Below, piece by piece: positions 1 through 11,384 of a stretch of 64,000 nt of DNA (the first letter of the stretch is position 1; each line of letters starts with the position of its first letter). The DNA comes from Eledone cirrhosa (Eukaryota), in NCBI GenBank assembly GCA_964016885.1, contig OZ024742.1, positions 142,600,001 through 142,664,000 of the forward strand, given 5' to 3'. A program made the position numbers and the translations under genes. The notes under the pieces were generated by a model. It ran no database searches and was not told the DNA's origin. It was given only the letters and a program-made list of their open reading frames with translations.

Positions 1-2453
1 TGCTTCCAAGATGACCCCAGGCCACATGCATTTATACTGCCTATTCTAAGTACGGCCATCCTGGATGAGAAACGGGGCAAGTGAGAAAGGGTCACTTACC
101 TTTATCGTGTGGTGAAGGGACAAACTTCATAGACAAGGACCCGGTTACTGGAAGCTGAACGCGTCTTTCCCGGCGCACAAAGCCTACAGAGACCGGATTA
201 GCATATTAGTTAAGCGGGCGTTGACGGGGGCAGTCGTCAACAACAGATGGTGGTTCGCCCTGAAAAGGGCAATTAAAGTAGAGTCGATTAGGTTTAGCAA
301 AGGACTAGTGATAGAGGAAAATAGAATAGAGGGAGTGTTAGTCAGAAAGCTAGAAGAGGCGTTTAGGACAAGCATCGCAACTGACGTGGTTGCAGCGAGA
401 TTGGCACTCACCAATTCTTCAACGCAAAACACGAGGGGACAGAAGCTGTCCAATGGGCCCGGGTGGCAGAGGTGCGACGTGGCTACTTGGCCCCAATTCA
501 GTCTTTATCTGATCAAAACGAGCGCGTGTTGCTCAAACCCGAGCAGATTGTGAGGCTTTTCAGCAGCACTTTGCTGAACTGTTCGGGAGCAGCGGCAGCC
601 CGGATCGGGATATGGACGTCAGTGCATACCTTTGATGGACTGCCTCGACTCTCGACGACCGCAGCATAGTGTTGCGAAAAGCTAATAACAGCCGGTGAAA
701 TACGGGAAGCGATGGCTAACTGCACAATGGCTAACTGCACAAATCGCCAGGTTTGGATGGTCTGCCCTACAAGCTTTATGCATTTATGCCAGACTTGTTC
801 GGTGACCTCTTGGCAGACGTCTACTGTAACTTGCAGCAGAACGGGAGCATTCCCAGTTTTATGAGCCGGGGAGCGGTGGTGCTGCTGAGAAAAGACCCGA
901 ACAAGGGAGATGTTATCGATTACTTCAGGCCCATAACCCTGCTAAACGCAGAGTTCAAGATTTTGGCCAAGGTGTTAGCAATGAGGTTGGCGCTTGTCGT
1001 CAGGGATCTGGTGGGAGAGGCGCAGATATGCGCCATTCTGGACAGATCCATACACGACAACCTCCACCTCATGTGATACATCGTAGAGAGGGTGGTTAAG
1101 GAACCTGGCACGGGTGAGGCTCTGATCAACTTGGATCAATCCAAAGCATTCGATAGGGTCGACCATCGGTTCCTGGCGGCGGTCCTCGAGGCAGCCGGTT
1201 TCGGGCCCATTTTCAGGGGTTGGATCACTGCGATGTACAGCGACATCTGCTCAGTTGTGAGGGTGAACAGTCACCTGTAGCAGCTGTTCAACATCATGCG
1301 CTCGGTCCACCAGGGTTGTCCCCTCTCGTCCCTCTTGTACATATTGGCTCTCGAGCCGTTACTGCACAAACTGGAGGCGATGAGGGGCACCCCACGCGGT
1401 AAATCTGATGAGGGGCACCCCATGCGGTAAATCTGAGTTGGCTTACGCCGACGACATCACCGTGGTGGTGTCGAGCACCAGACATGTCCAGATGCTCGAC
1501 ACCACTCTCAATGAATATGAAGCGGTGACAGGAGCAAAGATAAACCAGGAAAAGTTGGTGGGCTTGCAGCTCGGCACCTGGAGAGGCAAGTCCATGCTGT
1601 CCGACAGTGTCATGGGGCATTGGACTGACAGACCGGTTAAATTGCTCGGGAGTCTGGTTCGGACCAGACCTCCACATGGAGAAAAACTGGAATGAGGTGA
1701 TTGAGCAGGGTAGCCTCCCTCACCCAGAAATGGGCTGAGAAGAACTGTCCCTGAAAGGCCGGGCGGAAGTGGCGAATGCATACATCGCATCCATCAGACG
1801 ATCCATCTGCTCCCATGGTCAGACGATCCATCTGCTCCCATGGTCAGACGATCCATCTGCTGTCAACACCCGTTGCGTGGAGGACTGGGCATGCCATGGC
1901 TGATGATGCGCTGAGGCTGCAACATCTCTGGTGCTTCCTTGACGGTGAACAGGTGTGGTCGCCATTCGCCAGGCACATTTTCCCACAGCTCGTCTCCTTG
2001 ACGGAGCTGCAGTCCTGGGTCAGGAAAAGACCGAGGGATAGCGCTTGGAAACTGGAATGTCTCCAGGCACTCACCGCCCTCTCCCAGCTGGGCACCAGTA
2101 TCAGTGGAACATCCACCTCGGCGTTCTATAGAGGACTAGTGGAGGTGAAGAGTGACAACGTTCTCGGAGAGATCCTGGGTGTCGAAGAAGAATAGCTGTT
2201 TGCTCTCTTCCGGAGAACTTTCAGCCCAGGGCCTATGGATAACTTCCAAAATTCCCTGGCCTGGCAGTGCTACCGGGGAGCGCTGCTGGTTCGAGATAAG
2301 CTCTACATGCACGGAAGTGCCGTCAGCCAAGCCTGTCCGAGATGCACACAGAGCGACGAAACCATCATGCATGCACTCGTTCAGTGCCCGAGCATTGCTG
2401 GCTTGTGGCGCTATGTCGAACAGTTGCTGTCGCGTGTAGGACTGATCCGGTTA

Positions 2454-4429
2454 CACCATGTAACAAGAAAAAATTTTTTTTCTCTATTCCTGGCTTTTAA
2501 TCACTTTTTTTGTGTTGCTTACGTCCCAAATAAATTTTTAAAAAGTGCTATTAAACAGTTAAAAGTTAAAAATTCTAAGCTATTCACTAGAATTATTTGT
2601 ATGCTGGTTTTTATGTTGTATGTAAGTTTAATTTGCTTATGTTAAATGATTTTTTTATATATGTTTCAGGTTACATTAAAATTATAAAATAAAGAGTAAT
2701 ACCTAAAGAAAATTATAAAAGTGCAATAAAGTATAAAATTGTTAAAAAGTGGATTAAAGAGATTTATTGATACTGGATTTCCACACCCTGAATAAAGGGT
2801 AAGTTGTGTTTGAAGCACAAATTTTCATTAGTATGATTAGTGTTCTTTTATATTATTTAAATATGTATTTCCCTTTCCAATATTTATTTCGTATTGCATA
2901 TCAAATTTATTTTCCAAGACAAGTACTCTGATGAAGAGGAGGAGATGGATGCTGAGGACTTGGATTACCTGCCTGAGGTACCAGAAAAAGTTCCTCACTT
3001 GCCAAACCAAAAAGAAGTCAATGACTTGGTCAGGGATATGGGTCTGACCAAGTCCAATGCAGAGCTATTCGTCTCCAGCATGAAGCAGTGGAACTTGGTC
3101 GAGGAGGAAGTGCAGGTGACAAGTCAGAGAAGTCGACACAAACCTTTCTCAGGCTTTTACATTCTTAGAGATGGCCTCTGCTTCTGCCTGGACTGTTTGA
3201 CGTTTTTGGGGTGCCGTTTGTGCCCAAGGAGTGGCGGCTATTTATAGACAGCTCCACCACAAGTTTGAAGGCTGTCCTCCTCCACAATGGAAACAACTTC
3301 CTGACACTGCCCCTAGCTCATTAAGTCTGCCTGAAGGAAGATTACTACAGTGTGAAAGTCCTCTTGGAAGCTCTGCAATACAACCAGTACAATTGGGAAA
3401 TCATTGGAGACTTCAAGATGGTGGCTTTCCTGCTTGGACTCCAAGGAGGCTTTATCAAATTCCAATGCTTCCTCTGCCTTTGGGACAGCAGAGCCACCTC
3501 TGACCACTACAAAAGAAAGAACTGGGAGCAGCGAACAGAATTTGTAGTTGGGACCCAGAACGTCATGTGGGAGCCACTGGTTGATCCCAGGATTGTGCTC
3601 ATGCCACCACTGCACATTAAGTTGGGGTTGATGAAGCAGTTTGTGAAGGATCTCAACTAAGAATCAGCCGCTTTTAAGTACCTTCTTGAGTTCTTCCCTA
3701 AGTTATCTGAGGCCAAAATCAAAGGTGGAATTTTTGTTGGACCTCAGATAAAGAAGGTGTTTGAGTCTACCGAGTTCTCCAATAAGCTCAATAGGATTGA
3801 GAGAACAGCATGGAACTGTTTCAAGGCAGTTTTTAAGGGCTTCCTGGGCAACTACAGTGCTGAAAACTACCAGCAACTGGTGCAGGATCTGATAAAGGCT
3901 TTTGGCGCCATGGGATACAGGATATCGCTTAAACTCCATATGCTGGACGCTCACCTGGAAAAATTCAAGGACAATATGGGCGCCTACTCAGAAGAACAAG
4001 GCGAAAGATTCCACCAAGATGTGAAAGAGATAGAGTGGAGGTACCAGGGCCACTACAATGAAAAAATTATGGGGGACTATATCTGGGGGCTAGTGCGGGA
4101 ATGCGACCTGGACTACAACCGCAAATCCAGGAAATCCAGTAATTTCTGACGTGTATAAGTTGCTTTATAAGTGTTATTTGTTTTTACTTGTTTGCTTTTG
4201 ATAAGCTTGTGTAATAAAATAAATATATACTCTGTTGATTAATTATATGAACTGATAAATTTTTTTAAAATGTGTTTTTTCTTGAAAAATATGAAAATTT
4301 CGAAATATCAAATTCCTGACCACAAATCCAAACTTCTGATTAAATAATAGTGTTTTTTTATAATAATGGGATATAACAAACCATGAAATGACACTTAGAA
4401 CCGGGGAACAAAAAATATGTTACCCATTA
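2454..4429 (+). mobile_element. Chapaev3-type (CMC group) DNA transposon inserted in the Tx1 LINE
   Basis: TTA at 2451-2453 and 4430-4432 (3-bp TWA TSD). Left end CACCATGTAACA, right end TGTTACCCATTA (imperfect TIR). Removing it restores ATCCGGTTATCGACTGAG, colinear with ATCCAGCTATCAGCTGAG at ~10282 of the intact LINE. Confidence 0.85.
2894..4149 (+). pseudogene. Chapaev3-like DDE transposase pseudogene (frameshifted, in-frame TAA at 3658-3660)
   Basis: Motifs GDFKMVAFLLGLQGGF.KF.CFLCLWDSR, PPLHIKLGLMKQFVK, SLKLHMLDAHL and SEEQGERFHQD are spread over ORFs 2894-3247, 3352-3660 and 3757-4149. Family assigned from recalled motifs. Confidence 0.8.
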
Positions 4430-5029
4430 TTATCGACTGAGTCTATTGTGCAGATGGTCTCGCCGTCTTCCTTCGAGGAGGAAGGGCAGGCGGTTTTCAT
4501 CTGCCTGGTGACCATGGTGAAATAGATTGTGTGGTGGACAAGGTTGAAAGGGTTAAAGACAGACACTTTCCTCTTCGGCAAATCCCTAATTAACTTTTTC
4601 AAGTTTCACTTGAAGAGGAAAATCAGGGTGGAGAGGCAAGTGCTGCCTTCTAGCAAGTTTGTTGAAAGGTGGGTGAATGTAGCGAGAATGGTCCGAGTGA
4701 ACGGGACCGCTCTGAATATACGCCTGTTGTTTGAGAAATGGAAAAATTGAGAGAGGGCGCTTGCCCTGGTGGTCAGGGTGGCCGTGGTCTTTTGTGTGGT
4801 TTTCGCCACGAGTAACCCTCGGAGGTTTCCCCCCTATTGAGGAATTTTTAATTGTTTCAATTTTCATTTTTATTGTTTATATATTTGTTTCTATGTCTTT
4901 TTTTTTTTCTTTTCTTATATAAATAATAAAAATCTTTACACGCACAAAACCCACATTGTACCGTCCTGTACCGTCCTGTGTCGTCTGTAATTTTTTTCTT
5001 GATGTCAGCCCTTGTGGCCAATAAAGAAA

Positions 5030-5061
<32 letters not shown>

Positions 5062-5270
5062 GGCGACCTACGTAGTAAATCGTATCATCGTGAGCTCCGC
5101 AAAGGTTTGTTATTTCCGTTTGTTAAAAATTGCCATTTATGGAAAATGTTTATTGTTAACCATATATAAGCGCACATACATTGTTTTCTGAAAAGGACAC
5201 CCAAAAAGATTGGGGCCTTGTGCCCAAAATTTAAACTTTTATGATTATCAAAAAATTTCTTTAAAAAAAA

Positions 5271-7265
5271 ATGGCTAATTCACCTCTGCACGAAGCAGCT
5301 GAAAGCCTTTCTCACAAATTAACACCTCACACCGACACCACCATTGTAAATGTTACTACGTTTGCCAACACTACAAAAAATATAAGCAGTAGCAATATTT
5401 TAAATTTGTCTCAGGCAGACATTCATTTCCCGCCATTACCAATGACTGCAGGTGTTAAAGCCTCCACCACCACCACCACCGCGACAACCACCACCCCCAC
5501 CACCACCGCGACAACAGAAACAAAAGAAGAAAAAAATAAATTAACTCCTGATGTCGAAATGAAATCAAGCAAAATGGACTCTTCCCCACCAAAGACGACT
5601 GACGTCACCACAACCACAACTGAAACTAAAATTAATATTAACACAAATAACGATAGCAACAACAACAACAATGACATTATAAAAACCACCCTCAGTTTTG
5701 CCAGAGTAGCAAAACAGTTCGAAGCATTTACGGTAACTCAGGAGGATTTAGAAAATGCCAAACAAATGGTAAAGAAAGATGGGTACAGGGTCAGCCTCCC
5801 CCCCCCCCACCTAATAAAATGGAGCATCGGCGCCTATGCACCGTGTCGTATCGAACAATAAATGTAAAATCGCGCCGAGTGGAACGGGCATCCGAGTCCC
5901 AAATCCAAAAAGCTTTGGGACATGTGTGGGCAAGAAAAACCCACATCAGACGTGGGCAGAAGTATGGAACCGTGGACGTGTTCTTTGAAACACCAGAGGA
6001 GGCTAGAGAACACTCCATGGCCCCATTAAGAAGTGACGACTTCACACTCGTCCCAAGCTATTGTGGCCAGAGACTCGTAAAGATCAGGGTGACCCACGTT
6101 CCACCGGCCATCGAAATTCCCTGGCTAATAGCGGCCGTCCTCGCCGGCATCGAAGCCAACACAAAAATAATAGCAATAACAAAAGAAAAGCAGAACTGGT
6201 CCGGATCTGGGATGGAGCTCCTGATCCAAACGGACCAAAAAAGCATTGAGGAGATCCCAGAGGTAATAGACCTCACTGACGGCAGCCACCTCACGGTAAT
6301 TGTCGAGGGCAGAATACCTAGGTGTGTCGTTTGTGGTGAAGGAACCCACCTAAGGGCTTTCTGCCCTCAGGCTAAAAGGTTGAGGCCACCTCTCCTACCC
6401 ACCCCAGTGACACAACCATCAACACCACCAGTAGCAGAGATGGCAGCAACAACTGTAGCAGCAACAACAGAAGCAACTATAACAGCAACAACCCCAGCAA
6501 CAGTAGCAAAACCAACACCACCACCACCACCAGCAAAACCAACACCACCACCACCCAACACTTCAGAACTAGCACCAGCGCCTACACCATCCACCACGCC
6601 ACAAGCAAAACTAACGCCTGTGGAGGATTTTCCACTCCCCGGCCTATCACAACTGGAGACAGATTGTGACGACGAGGAGTGGGAAACGATATCCGGAAAA
6701 AAAAAAAGAAACCAAAAAAGAAAAAAATTCTCTTCCTTCCCCCTCCAAAAACAAAATACAGAGGGAAACAAATAAATTAAGAAACAAAAAAGTTAGGATA
6801 GATATGCCACCATCCACACCAGCATCACCAACCCCATCAACCCAAACACCAACACCATCACCATCATTAACCCCAACACCACCATCACCTACACCACAAA
6901 AGTCACCAAAATGCGAAACAGAAACAAACCCACAACAAACGCAAACAAAACAAAACAACCAAAATGATACACACTACACAGCATTAAATTTGAACAACAA
7001 GCAATTATTACACTACATCCAACACAACACCAGCATCACAGAAAAAGACTACACAACAACCCCAAAATTCACACCACCTCCACACATACAAATCACTCGC
7101 ATCACACAGAAAACGTACATGACACTAAAAAAAAAATTCCCCAAAGACATCGGAGACTTCCGACAAGCACTCTCCAGGAGGATTTATAAGGACATCCTTC
7201 CTGAGGAGGCCACAAGCAGTGAAAAGGATGGAAAAACCGTCCTTCCCCTACGAGAAGTAAGGTAA
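5271..7265 (+). pseudogene. LINE ORF1 (gag-like, CCHC zinc knuckle), split by two frameshifts
   Basis: Three overlapping ORFs (5271-5861, 5819-6775, 6666-7265) switch frame near a C-run (~5798-5808) and an A-run (~6697-6706). Contains CVVCGEGTHLRAFC (C-X2-C-X4-H-X4-C) and Pro/Thr-rich linkers. Confidence 0.8.
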
Positions 7266-7299
7266 GTGGTCTTTCCCATCTTTTCCACTCCTTTTCAAC

Positions 7300-10200
7300 A
7301 TGATCTCACTCAGAATAGGCAGCATAAATGCGCGTGGCTTGGGGTCGTCATGGATGCAGGGCCACCTTTTCAACGACCTCAGGTCACTAAACATAGATGT
7401 AGTGGCCATCAGCGAGACCAGAATCTCCGAAGCACAGGCTTTCGCACCGATCTTCGGCGGTTACGATGTGTACGCATCTCCCAGCCGACCGGGATCGGGG
7501 GGAGGAGTTGCTGTGCTTTTTCGGAGAGGTTTGGATCTTGCCATACGGGCCATCTTCCTGGACCCAGAAGGTAAATTGGTGGTGCTGGACGTGACCAGCG
7601 AAGACGAGCAAGCTTTCAGGTTAGTGGCCGTCTATGCCCCGACAGGAGCAGGGCAGCCTGATTTCTTCCGGCGTCTGGAGACCTTTCTTGGAACGTCCCG
7701 CTCTTTAGTGTTAGTGGGCGACTGGAACGGGATCTTAGATGCACGCTGGGATTGTGTGGGATTAGTGGATAGGGAAGGAGGGTGCAAGAGTCTCACCAAC
7801 CTGCTCAGACGTTTTGAACTATCTGACAGGTACCGAATGGATTTCCCGAATGTACCAATCTGTGTGCTTGACTTAGATAGGCTTCATAGACGAGGACCCG
7901 GCTACTGGAAGCTAAACGCGTCCTTACCAGCGCGCAAGGCCTACAGAGACCGGATTAGCGAACTAGTTAAGCGGGCGTTGACGGGGGCCATCGTCAACAA
8001 CAAGTGGTGGTTTGCTCTGAAAAGAGCAATTAGAATAGAGTCCATTAGGTTTAGTAAGACTTTAGCAATAGAGAAAAATAGAGCAGAGGGAGAATTAGTT
8101 AGAAAATTAGATGAGGCGCTTAGCAAAGGCATCGCGACCGACGTACTTGCGGCGAAATTGGCCCTTGACCAATTCTTCAATGCAAAGCACGAAGGCTGCG
8201 TTGTCAGAGCTAGGGTGCGTGCTCTCAGACACGAGGGGACGAAAGCCGTTCAATGGGCCCGAGTGGCGGAGGCGCGTCGTGGCAACAAAGCCACGATCCG
8301 GTCTTTGGTGGACCACGACGGGCGCATGCTACTCGATCCCGGGCAAATGTGTGAAGCTTTTCAGCGACACTTCGCTCAACTGTTCGGGGGCAGTGGCGGG
8401 CCGGATCGAGGGATGGACTTTAGTGTCTACCTCGACGGACTGCCGCGGCTTTCGGCCACTGAGGCGGAGTGTTGCGAAAAGCCGATAACAACCGCTGAAG
8501 TACGGGATGCAATGACTAGTTGCACAAGGGGTAAATCGCCTGGTTTGGATGGTCTGCCCTATGAACTTTACGTACAAATGCCAAACTTGTTCGGAGGCCT
8601 CTTGGCGGACGTCTACTGCAACTGGCAACAGAACGGGAGAATTCCCAGCTCTGTGAGCCGAGGAGCGGTGGCGCTGCTGAGAAAGGATCCGAACAAGGGG
8701 GATAACATAGATAATTTTAGGCCCATAACTCTGCTAAACACAGAGTTCAAGATTTTGGCCAAGGTGCTAGCAAAGAGGTTGGCGCTTGTCGTTGGTGGTC
8801 TGGTGGGAGAGGCACAGACATGCGCCATTCCCGACAGATCCATCCACGACAACCTCCACCTCATGCGATACATCGTAGAGAGGGTAGCTAGGGAACCTGG
8901 CACGGGTGGGTCTTTGATCAATTTAGATCAGTCGAAAGCCTTCGATAGGGTCGACCATCGTTACCTAGCGGCAGTCCTGAGGGCGGCTGGCTTTGGGCCC
9001 GTCTTCAGAGGCTGGATCGCTGCCATGCACAGCGACATCTGCTCTGTAGTGAGAGTGAACGGTCACCTTTCGGAACCGTTCAACATCATGCGCTCGGTCC
9101 GCCAAGGATGTCCCCTCTCGTCTCTATTGTACGTATTGACTCTCGAGCCATTACTGCACAAACTGGAGACGTTGAGGGGGGTCCCGCGCGAACTAGGATG
9201 CGGAAGATCCGTGTCAGCATATGCCGACGATATCACCATAGTGGTGTCGAACGCCAAACACATCGAGGCGATCGGCACTACACTAAGAGAAAACGAAGCG
9301 GTGACAGGAACAATGATCAACCAGGAAAAGTCAGTGGGCCTGCAGCTCGGCACTTGGAGAGGCAGGTCCATGCCGTCCAACAGCGTCGTCGGGCGCTGGT
9401 CGGACGGACCGGTTAAATTGCTAGGGGTCTGGTTCGGTCCAGACCTCCAGACGGACAAAAACTGGGACGAGGTGACGAGCAGGGTGGCTTCTCTCACCCA
9501 GAAATGGGCCGAGAGGAAGCTATCCCTGAAAGGTCAAGCGGAGGTGGCTAACGCATACATCGCGTCCGTCATCTACTACCGCCTGACCGTCGTACCTTGT
9601 CCTAAGCCCCGCCTGACTGCGCTGGAGCGTTTGCTCTTTCGCTTTTTGTGGAAGGGACGCGCTCCGATGGTCAGGCGGTCCATCTGCTGTCAACACCCGC
9701 TACGTGGAGGGCTGGGCATGCCGTGGCTGATGATGCGCAGACACGCGCTCAGGCTACAACATCTCCACCTCTTCCTCAATGGTGATCAGGTGTGGTCGCC
9801 GTTTGCTAGACACGTTTTTCCCCAGCTCGTCTCCTTGACGGAGCTGCAGTCCTGGGTCAAGCGAAGACCGAGAGGGAGCGCTTGGAGACTGGAATGTCTT
9901 CAGGCGCTCACAGCCCTCGACCAATCGGGCAATGTGATCGGTGGAAACTCCACCTTGGCGTTCTATAGGGGATTAGTGGAGGGGAAGAGCGACGACGTAC
10001 CTGGAGAAACTCTAGGCGTCGACGAAAATCAACTAGCCAATCTCTTCGGAAGGACTTTCGGGCCGGGGCCTATAGACAACTTCCAGAAATCCCTGGCCTG
10101 GCAGTGCTACCGGGGTGCTTTGCCAGTTCGGGATAAACTTTACAGGCATGGAGGTGCCGTCAGCCGGGCATGTCCGAGATGCGCACAGGGCGACGAAACC

Positions 10201-10587
10201 GTCCTGCACGCACTCGTCCAGTGTCCGAGCATTGCTGACTTGTGGGTTTATGTCGAACACCTGCTGTCACGTGTAGGACGGATCCAGCTATCAGCTGAGT
10301 CCATCGTGAGGATTGCCCCGCCCTCTTCCTTTAGCCGGGAAGGGCAGGCAGTTTTTATCTGTCTGGTGGCCATGGCGAAAGAGATAGTATGGTGGACACG
10401 TTTGAAAGGGCTGAAGACGAGCACTTACCTCTTCGGTGATGCCCTGATTAACTTTTTCAAATTTCATCTGAAAAGGAAAATCAGGGTAGAGAGGGAAGTG
10501 CTCTCTTCCCAGCATTTTGTTGAAAGATGGGTGAGAGAAGCAAGTATGGCCCGAATGAATGGGCCTTCTCTGAGTATGTGTCTGTAA
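7300..10587 (+). CDS. LINE ORF2: APE-type endonuclease (partial), reverse transcriptase and C-terminal CCHC zinc finger, 1095 aa
   Basis: SINARGL, ISET, VYAP, GDWN (EN); KSPGLDGLP, FRPITLLN, LDQSKAFDRVDH, RQGCPLS, YADD (RT); CPRC..ETVLHALVQC. Confidence 0.95.
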   Translation: MISLRIGSINARGLGSSWMQGHLFNDLRSLNIDVVAISETRISEAQAFAPIFGGYDVYASPSRPGSGGGVAVLFRRGLDLAIRAIFLDPEGKLVVLDVTSEDEQAFRLVAVYAPTGAGQPDFFRRLETFLGTSRSLVLVGDWNGILDARWDCVGLVDREGGCKSLTNLLRRFELSDRYRMDFPNVPICVLDLDRLHRRGPGYWKLNASLPARKAYRDRISELVKRALTGAIVNNKWWFALKRAIRIESIRFSKTLAIEKNRAEGELVRKLDEALSKGIATDVLAAKLALDQFFNAKHEGCVVRARVRALRHEGTKAVQWARVAEARRGNKATIRSLVDHDGRMLLDPGQMCEAFQRHFAQLFGGSGGPDRGMDFSVYLDGLPRLSATEAECCEKPITTAEVRDAMTSCTRGKSPGLDGLPYELYVQMPNLFGGLLADVYCNWQQNGRIPSSVSRGAVALLRKDPNKGDNIDNFRPITLLNTEFKILAKVLAKRLALVVGGLVGEAQTCAIPDRSIHDNLHLMRYIVERVAREPGTGGSLINLDQSKAFDRVDHRYLAAVLRAAGFGPVFRGWIAAMHSDICSVVRVNGHLSEPFNIMRSVRQGCPLSSLLYVLTLEPLLHKLETLRGVPRELGCGRSVSAYADDITIVVSNAKHIEAIGTTLRENEAVTGTMINQEKSVGLQLGTWRGRSMPSNSVVGRWSDGPVKLLGVWFGPDLQTDKNWDEVTSRVASLTQKWAERKLSLKGQAEVANAYIASVIYYRLTVVPCPKPRLTALERLLFRFLWKGRAPMVRRSICCQHPLRGGLGMPWLMMRRHALRLQHLHLFLNGDQVWSPFARHVFPQLVSLTELQSWVKRRPRGSAWRLECLQALTALDQSGNVIGGNSTLAFYRGLVEGKSDDVPGETLGVDENQLANLFGRTFGPGPIDNFQKSLAWQCYRGALPVRDKLYRHGGAVSRACPRCAQGDETVLHALVQCPSIADLWVYVEHLLSRVGRIQLSAESIVRIAPPSSFSREGQAVFICLVAMAKEIVWWTRLKGLKTSTYLFGDALINFFKFHLKRKIRVEREVLSSQHFVERWVREASMARMNGPSLSMCL

Positions 10588-10839
10588 ATTAAAGGTGGAA
10601 AACTGGGAGAGGGCACTTGCCCTGGTGGTCAGGGCCACTGTGGTCTTTTAATGGGCTTCCTCCACAAATGTCCCTCGGAAGTCTCCCCCCTATTGGGGAA
10701 TTTTTCTTTGTTATTTTATTTCATCGTCTGTTTTTTTTACACGCAGAAATGCCCATTTGTACCGTCCTGTATTGTCCTGTACTGTCCTTAATGTCTACTT
10801 TATGTAAACCCTTGTGGTTAATAAAGAAAACATTATTAT

Positions 10840-10876
<37 letters not shown>

Positions 10877-10976
10877 TTATTATACCCCCTCCCCACCTTC
10901 TACTACTATCCTACTCAATTACATAAACCCGCTATTTCCTGTCTACTCCACATAACAACACACTACTTGCTTTCTC

Positions 10977-11015
<39 letters not shown>

Positions 11016-11384
11016 AACTTATATACAAATATGTGTATAAATGTGTATACATACGCACACACACAACACACAATAAAATCTAAAGTGTTTTGAGTCAACA
11101 TGACTGTTAAATGACAGAGAATTTCAAGTTGGTGGCCTCAAAAGACATTGTATTCTCTACATGCAAAATTAGGGCAGATGTTGTAAACACTTACATTGCT
11201 TTGTAACAAGTAATGGAAAAGAGATTGTATGGATAGGATATTAGAGATGCCAGTGGTCCTATTATTGTTGTTGTTGGCAACATGGTTGTTAGTACATTTT
11301 TACAAAAGATGTGTGCTCTCCTATCGATGAAACCACCAAAACATATTTACGAGTGATTTTGTTGATTCCTAATGCATGGTCAAT

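Larger units (their letters stand above)
120..5061 (+). mobile_element. Decayed Tx1-clade (L1 group) non-LTR retrotransposon: ORF2 pseudogene plus 3' UTR and (ATT)n tail, interrupted at 2454-4429
   Basis: Colinear with the intact ORF2 at 7300-10587 (GPGYWKLN, DGLPY, FRPITLLN, LDQSKAFDRVDH, YADD at ~1443, CPRC..HALVQC). Many stops and frameshifts. The 3' part resumes at 4430 and ends AATAAAGAAATC(ATT)n. Confidence 0.93.
5062..10875 (+). mobile_element. Near full-length Tx1-clade LINE (5' UTR, ORF1, ORF2, 3' UTR, ATT/AGT microsatellite tail)
   Basis: Two-ORF layout. It begins immediately after the (ATT)n tail of the previous LINE and ends AATAAAGAAAAC(ATT)3(AGT)n. Confidence 0.93.

Noticed and set aside
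7387-10638. Antisense and alternate-frame ORFs over LINE ORF2
   Set aside because: Shadow ORFs of a GC-rich coding region.
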